NCBI GenBank assembly: GCA_965649825.1
Contig: OZ287703.1
Span: forward strand, 1,111,722-1,175,721
Length of the DNA stretch: 64,000 nt
Origin: Penicillus capitatus
Taxonomy: Eukaryota; Plantae; Chlorophyta
Direction of reading: 5' to 3'
The position numbers and the translations under genes were made by a program. The first letter of the stretch is position 1, and every line of letters starts with the position of its first letter. The notes beneath the pieces are model-generated. The model saw only the letters and a list, made by a program, of their open reading frames with translations. It did no database searches and was not told the DNA's origin. This document shows, piece after piece, positions 57,530 to 64,000 of the stretch.

Positions 57530-58884
57530 ATGTTGGGACCTCTGTGGAAATTCATCACCGGCAACGACAGGATCCATATTACCTTCTGCGTGACTGGTAG
57601 CTTCTGTCAGGAGTCTACGTCACCGAGTCGGCGTGATGTAGGCATTGTCGGCTGTCTCATGTTGTATGGTGTCCTGCAAGAGCGCATCATGGCAGAGCCT
57701 TTCGCTCCAGACGGAGCCATGTTTAGAGATTCACTTTTCCTGGTAGAGAAGGGGAGGCGTAGATGTGTTCTGAACGCATTGTTTTGCATATTCAGGTTCT
57801 GTGCAATCGCACTGTGACCACATTGGTGTCCCTCTTTGCGTTGATTATGTTCAATTTGGATGTCAAGCCTGTTGCTCCTGTATACTCATACTTTGCCGTC
57901 TCCTTCTCGAATGTCATTGCAACGACATGTCAGTACGAGGCTCTCAAGTTCGTGAGCTTTCCCGTTCAGACACTGGGTAGGCTCGAAACGCATCTAATTG
58001 GAAGAGTGAGAAAGAGTGATCGGTGTTTAATTTAGGCAAGTGTGCTAAAATGATTCCTGTTATGATTTGGGGAGCAGTGATGTCAAGAAAGCGATATACA
58101 TTCAAGGACTACATGGTTGCTATTCTGGTGACTGGCGGATGTACGCTGTTTCTACTGACGGGTGAAGTCAAATCAAAGAAGGCAACGGACAGTGACACCA
58201 ATATGAAGGGCCTCCTGCTCATGCTTTCCTATCTGGCCTTCGATGGGTTTACGTCTAACTTTCAGGACAGTCTGTTCAAAGGTAGGATGCGATCGATGAC
58301 CCGTCAAGATGTTCATAAAGGGACATCTGCAGGGTATAAGATGACAATGTTCAACCAGGCATTCTATGTGCAGCTGACGGCGACGGCGCAGTCGCTTTTC
58401 GGACTTGTGACATCTGGGAAACTCTGGAGTGCTTTGGATTTTGTGGTCAAACACCCTGCTGCTCTCTGGTCCATTCTCGGTCTGTCTTTGGCCGCGACCA
58501 TCGGTCTGTTGATGCTGTTGTTCTCATTGCGATGTTATGTGTTGTTGGTCTGATGTAGGTCAACTGTTTATCTATCATACGATCAAGGCATACGGAGCGC
58601 TGCTGTTTGCAACGGTGATGACAACACGTCAGTTTCTGTCAATCCTCTTATCTTGCATTCTCTTCGTGCATCCCCTCACACCCTATCAGTGGCTGGGAAC
58701 GTGCATCGTGTTCGGAACGCTCTACTACAAAGCATTCGGCAAGAAACAAGACCAAAAAGAGACGGCAGCGTCACAGATGACATCACCAAAGAAGGAAGAT
58801 GGAACGCTAGAAGAGAAAATGCCAGTGCTGTCGGCGACGCCAAAGGACGAGTACGAAAAGAAGGATCCGTTCGAGACTGCCTAG
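57530..58884 (+). CDS. Nucleotide-sugar / PAPS transporter, UAA family (SLC35B2 / plant UTR-like), multi-exon
   Basis: [89 protein letters not shown]. Confidence 0.93.
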
Positions 58885-59142
58885 ATACAAAGTGGATCTG
58901 TTCTTCTCATTTATGACATGTAATAAAGACCGCTGTTGAGTGCATTTGTCGCAAAGAGATAATGACCGCGATCCACGCGCGTGCCCTTGAGAAAGCGCAG
59001 AAATTGATGGAGAACAAGGACGCGAAGAAAAGGATCCCGGTGTGATGCATCGTTTCTTTTCTCTGGTATATGGGGTTCCGTTTCTCAGGGTGACATGAAA
59101 TGCTGCCATGCTGCGTTTCGTCAGACACTCTGCAGTATAGAC

Positions 59143-60690
59143 ATGCACAACGCGCCCATTTCTCGTCTGTCTCTGAGAGAGATAAAAAAGGCACGGCCAT
59201 TATCCGTTCGAAAGACGGCGGCCGCCATTAAACCGTCAAAGAGAGAAGAGGACAAGGACGTCATCCATCCAGTTGTCTGCAGCGTTCTTCAATTGAGTGA
59301 CGATCGGAAAGAAGCATGCGCCGAAGGGCGTCGACGAAGAGAACTGAGGGCCGAAAGCGCATGGACATTGCTGACGAATTGGCATGCCGATTGCGCTAGA
59401 CGGGAGAAAAATGAACTGCGAGAGAAGAAGCGTCTTGTAAAAGGTCTTCCCTCCTATTGTCTTCTTCGCTGGACGGCATCCGTTTCCTATGCGTCTCTGT
59501 CGATTGCAGCAAACCAAAGGGCGCTTCTCAATGAACAGATGCAGAGTAAGATTGAAGAGAACCATCGCGCAGAGATGGATGCAAGAGAAGAGAGGAGGAT
59601 CATTGACGCCGCCGTGGAAAAGGATCAAAAGAGAGGCCGCGCTCTAGCAGAGAAAAGACGGACGAAAAACGAGCAGACGAAGCAGTCGATCCTTGAAGAA
59701 GTGTGCCGTGTTGGTACTGAGCACGATAAAGGATTTTGGTTTCGTCTCTTTTCAGATGGAAAAGAGCTTACAACAAAAGAGAAACACTAAAGAAGCTGCA
59801 CGAGCTGCAGAGAAGCGGGAACTGGAACGGCTGGCAGAAGAGTTGTCTAAAGAAAAGCAGAAAGAAGTCGAGAAGCAGAAACGACGCGCAGCAGAGTTGG
59901 CGAAGTATCATCGAGAAAACACACTCAGAAGCGAAGAGAAGAAGAATGAAGTGAAGAACGCATCGCTCAGAGATGCTCGTCTGATGCAGGCAAATACGGC
60001 GTATGATTTCATTGTCTGGGAGAACGGGAAGGTCTTTCAGGAGATGCTTGCGCTGTTGGAAAAACGAGAGCGAGAAAGAGAGAGCAGCTTGTTGGAATTT
60101 CGTGCGAGAATCGAAGCCAGGGCACAGGCAGCAGGAGGAGCCATCGTCGAAGAGGCGAAGAAGAGGCAAGAAAAGGAAGACGAACGACTCCGCAAGTTCC
60201 AGGTGAGAACGAAAATAATAGACGAGGTAACAGAGACAGTACATACAGGAAGCTGTCGATGTCCGGTGCCGAGAGAAAGCGCTGGCTCAATCCGAAAAGA
60301 AGGCAGAAGAGCAGTTGCGCTTCGTTGAGTGCTTGGATTCTCAGATGCGCGAATTGAAGGAGACTCGACAGCGTGAACGCGAAGCGGCGCGGCAGTACTC
60401 CGTTCAGGTTCTTGTTCTGTGCGGTGGTGGGCGATGTTGACGTGTCCACCTACGTAACTCGGCTATAGGTCGAAGAAGGCCTAAGGCAACAAGATAGGAA
60501 GATCGCTGAGGCGACGGATAAACGGCGTCGGCGCAATGCACGATATCAGACAGATCTTCTGGAACAGATTCGCGAGCAGAGGACCAGAATGGTGTGTAGC
60601 GGCATTGATATGAACCACGCGGAACGTCAGCTGAACAAGACGCTTGTCGATCAGGCACGGATTCCGTTGCCAACCGGACAGCAATCGTAA
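59143..60690 (+). CDS. Glu/Arg/Lys-rich coiled-coil protein, possibly flagellar (TPH-like), multi-exon
   Basis: Continuous E/R/K heptads over several exons; C-terminal YQTDLLEQI...MNHAERQLNKTL; family assignment tentative. Confidence 0.6.
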
Positions 60691-61236
60691 CTGCCAACCT
60701 CGTTGCGAACCAAGGACACAACGCAGCAATAAAATAGAGATATCTGGGCATATCAGAGAGCAGCAATTAATAACTTCTCTATTTGTCAACAACGAAAAGA
60801 GGACTCTGTTGAGCAGCACGTGTCACGTGTGGGTGAACAATGAGTGGTTGGTTGGTTGTCTATGAGATGCGGTCGAAATCGTCGAGGTTCTTCTCTGCAC
60901 TTTGCCCGCCGCCAAGCGGCCATGGGGTTTCAGTGGTAACAGACTTGCTGTGTCGTCTGTCGACCTCGCCCTCTGACCAACCATCCTACGAGTGCCTCCT
61001 ATCGATCGTTTTTGTTCTTCATAGAACTAAAGTTCTACTGCGGCCCTGGCAGGAAGCTCAGCGTTGAAACGCGAAGAGCGGCACGGTAATAAATACTGCG
61101 ACGACGGATGATGCTTTGGACATCCACTCGGCCGATCGTCTTGTCCGACCACAGTAGTACTCAAAGAGATGTGACATTGAGAGACAGATGATGGCATTCG
61201 GCTGCATTCCGAGACGCGCGTTCGTGTTTACCGCCT

Positions 61237-64000
61237 ATGTTCCGCACCATTCTCTTGCTTTTCTTCCTTCTTCGGATCTATGCAGATGATCATCGCGAAA
61301 ACTGCGCCGCCATTGTGGAATACACAGCTTCAACGGGACACCCCGCCAAGGCAAACAGTTCCGCCCTCTTTCGTGGATTCACACAGATTATCTACGGCAC
61401 AAGATCCGACGTGCGTGGCCAAATCTGTCCTCCGTGACGAAACCAAAAGACATGCATTGTATAGACAGCTCAGAAGAATGCCCCGATTGTTGTGGGATGG
61501 ACATTTGCGGGAGGGGAGATCATTCAGGGAGAAAAGGATATCTTTGAAGATTTCTCGCACGAGTTTCCAGATGGGACGATTATGGACATTGTATTCGGCT
61601 CCCTGACAAAGGCAGATACGCAATCCATCGAAGTGTCCATCGTTTCCCGTTCGCCGAGATTCGAGATCAACTGCTCTCTGATGATGGAGACGGTATCCAG
61701 GCGATCGTTCTCAAATCCGGTTAGGATTTATTGGATACAAAGGGAGCAATACAACGACCAATGCTCAATTAGAAGTGAATACGGCATATCGAGTGGCTTT
61801 GCCTCAAAGTTTCCTCGTGGATGAGATGTTCTGCCGATCCGCACCGATTTTGTTCATCTCTGAACAGTACATCAGCCAACCAGAGGAGAAAGTCGTTCCA
61901 ATGGGACCTGGAATTCGTCTTCAATACCTGCCGCTGGAACCACACGATGCCCGCTCTACGAGTGGGCTCTATTCTGTGACCTCTCTCTTTGCCTTCAAGT
62001 CCTTTTCTCACATCATGTGGACTGTACAAAGTATGTTCATTTGTGCCGTGCAGATTGCTCAACACGCATTCGGCTACGGTGAATTTGCGTCATGTGATGG
62101 TGGAGTATTGGTTCGATGGGGACGTCACATACGGAATCGATGAAGGCCATGCCGCAGGAGCACTCCCTTACGAAAGCACATGCGTTGGCAGTTCCATCGG
62201 TTTCTTGATGCACTGTCAGGACGGAAGCACTAACGACATAGATTAATGTGTGACAGGGTGTTCAAATATACAGATCATTGTGCGAAGAGGGCTTGATAAT
62301 ATTCGAGGTGCTCGCTACAAGGCCGTCGTGTCTTTCACCGAAGGAGCTGGAGTGTTGCCGCCCAATCAGACAGAAGCAGCCGTACGGTTCAGATCTCCTT
62401 TACTCGGCTTGCCGAGGTGCTGTGTCTGTGAAGCACGGGACTGGGAATATCATCTACGTTGTGGTAAATATCACTTCACTGATTGTCTCTTCGCATATGA
62501 ATGTGACATCCGATTACTCTTTCATGGACACGACGATTCTGAAGAGCAATGAAGATGGCTTTGAAGAGATGACCATTCAAACGCCCGAAGAAAATCCACG
62601 CATGCCAGTGTTTTATCTTGGATGGCGAGTCTGGGGTAGTCGTCCTATAGCAAGCGCTACCAAGGTCCTATGCCTCCCTTACCTGCAGAGAGAGCGCTGA
62701 TGCTGTTCACACAGGTGAATGTCAGCGAGATCGATACAGATGGAGGCTTTTGCTATCTTAAGTCCAACACCATTCCAGTACGGTCGCCATTGGCACCACT
62801 CTGTCTCTTTTACACGATAGCTGCTGCGCAGCAATGTGGACTGAAAATGCGATACTGCTGCGAAATGAACGCAACGTATGGAGGAAGTGTACCGCTCAAT
62901 CTGGTTGGGGAATCCCGAGAGTCATTCGAGAATATGAATGGGAATGAAGAGATCGTTGGCGAGAAGAGCGGCGAACCGCAGGCACCCGACAATCGTGTAC
63001 ACAACAGAAGGGTTTCTGCCTGCTTCATTAGCTTCCTGGGTATACAAGTTCCACATTCCTGCAATCGGCGTACCTGGCAAGAATACTGTGCTGTAGTCAG
63101 TCTTTTGTCACTGTTGCTGTTGCATTGCATTCGGTTCGGCATCCGACATCGCACAAGGAAGAAGGCAGTGTCCTCTTTTGTGACGATGATCGATGCCATG
63201 GCCGATCCGATCTCTCCCTCGAATATCATCCAAGATGCAATTGGACCGTCCACGTGGAGCACTGTTTATTCATGTTCTCACTTTTACAAGCGTTTTCGCC
63301 GGTCCAATAGAAATAACCGATTTCAGGGAGTGAAAGCCATGAAAGGATCTTGAACAGATGTGAACGATCATCGAGCAATGCCTTAGTGTCAGAGATACGG
63401 TATCATACAGTCCCGTCGATTCTGGAATCTGAAGATCACACTGTTCGTCAAATGCTTGAAAGACAAGAAAGGTCATCCATTTCCAGGTCTCCTCCCACTC
63501 CGAGTCTCTATCATTAACTGCCGCTTCGTTCTGTGTTTAGCAATCATCGCACGTGGGCAGGGTGCATCGATTGTATCTGGGAGCCCTGGGCCATGACCAA
63601 GGTGTGCCGTACCAAGACAATGGCATCTCCTTGCAAAGGACTGGCAACGTTCAAGACGGCCACTCACGAGATACGGAATATCCCATTGGATGTGGACTAC
63701 GCCACAGAGATCGAACCCTTTTTGGGTTCTCTCCTGGTAACGGACATTCTTTCATCTGCGAAGATTCCTTCTGACAGATGGGGATGCAGGGAGAGGGAGG
63801 ATTCGGTCAAGTCTATGCGGCCACTTGGAAAGGACAGCCCGTTGCCGTCAAAGTAGTCACCTCACTTGCATTTCTCCTCTGTCTGTCGAAAGTGTGACTG
63901 TCATCTCAGCTGATGCGGGTGGATACAGAAGCGATGCACAAGGACTTGAGATACGAGGTTAAACTGACAAGCCATATCTGCTGCCAACACATTGTGCGTT
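61237..64000 (+). CDS. Receptor-like TKL protein kinase (signal peptide, large ectodomain, TM, kinase), 3'-truncated by the window
   Basis: Signal peptide MFRTILLLFFLLRIYA; Cys-containing beta-rich ectodomain (IVVGWTFAGGEII); spliced TM VSACFISFL/VSLLSLLLL followed by RHRTRKK; kinase start GEGGFGQVYAATWKGQPVAVK; exon joins in the ectodomain are approximate. Confidence 0.7.

Noticed and set aside
1-64000. Non-standard genetic code (TAA/TAG = Gln, as in several ulvophytes)
   Set aside because: Conserved genes end at TAA or TAG at the expected positions (gamma-SNAP, ARL8, CHL27, ClpR3, transporter) and long exons lack internal TAR codons; the one in-frame TAG (patatin 4) is better explained as an intron acceptor
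1-64000. CRISPR arrays, tRNA, rRNA, intact transposase/RT/integrase genes
   Set aside because: No regularly spaced repeats, cloverleaf or T-loop signatures, rRNA-like tracts or mobile-element catalytic motifs were seen by eye; tRNAscan and RepeatModeler runs would be needed to exclude them fully

Overview
Eukaryotic nuclear DNA from a green alga, most likely a chlorophyte. It carries plastid-function genes (CHL27/CRD1, TIC100, ClpR3, CBSX), uses the standard genetic code, is about 50% GC and very gene-dense, with many short spliceosomal introns (about 33-70 nt). The compactness would fit an ulvophycean/Bryopsidales-type genome, but the host cannot be fixed from sequence alone. About 30 protein genes were reconstructed by hand across introns; exon structures are my predictions, not transcript-validated. 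Highlights: (1) two minus-strand U1 snRNA genes flank one protein gene, one canonical and one structurally intact variant with an altered 5' splice-site recognition sequence (ACUUACUUG) and altered U1-70K and U1A loops, both bracketed by the same 10-bp box upstream and downstream; (2) unusual splicing, with many xAA|GT donors, three G|GCACG GC-AG introns and several 33-35-nt introns; (3) four secreted patatin-like lipid hydrolases, three nearly tandem and sharing an altered oxyanion motif; (4) two strongly over-represented non-coding 8-mers (GATGTGAC, CACTCTTT) in both orientations; (5) unusual architectures: Raf-like kinase-VASt-TM, PH-RCC1-BRX lacking FYVE, plastid-targeted GlpX, an unassigned P-loop NTPase and a receptor-like kinase; (6) an AT-rich, gene-poor island at about 17.4-20.9 kb. 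No CRISPR array, tRNA, rRNA or intact mobile element was recognised.
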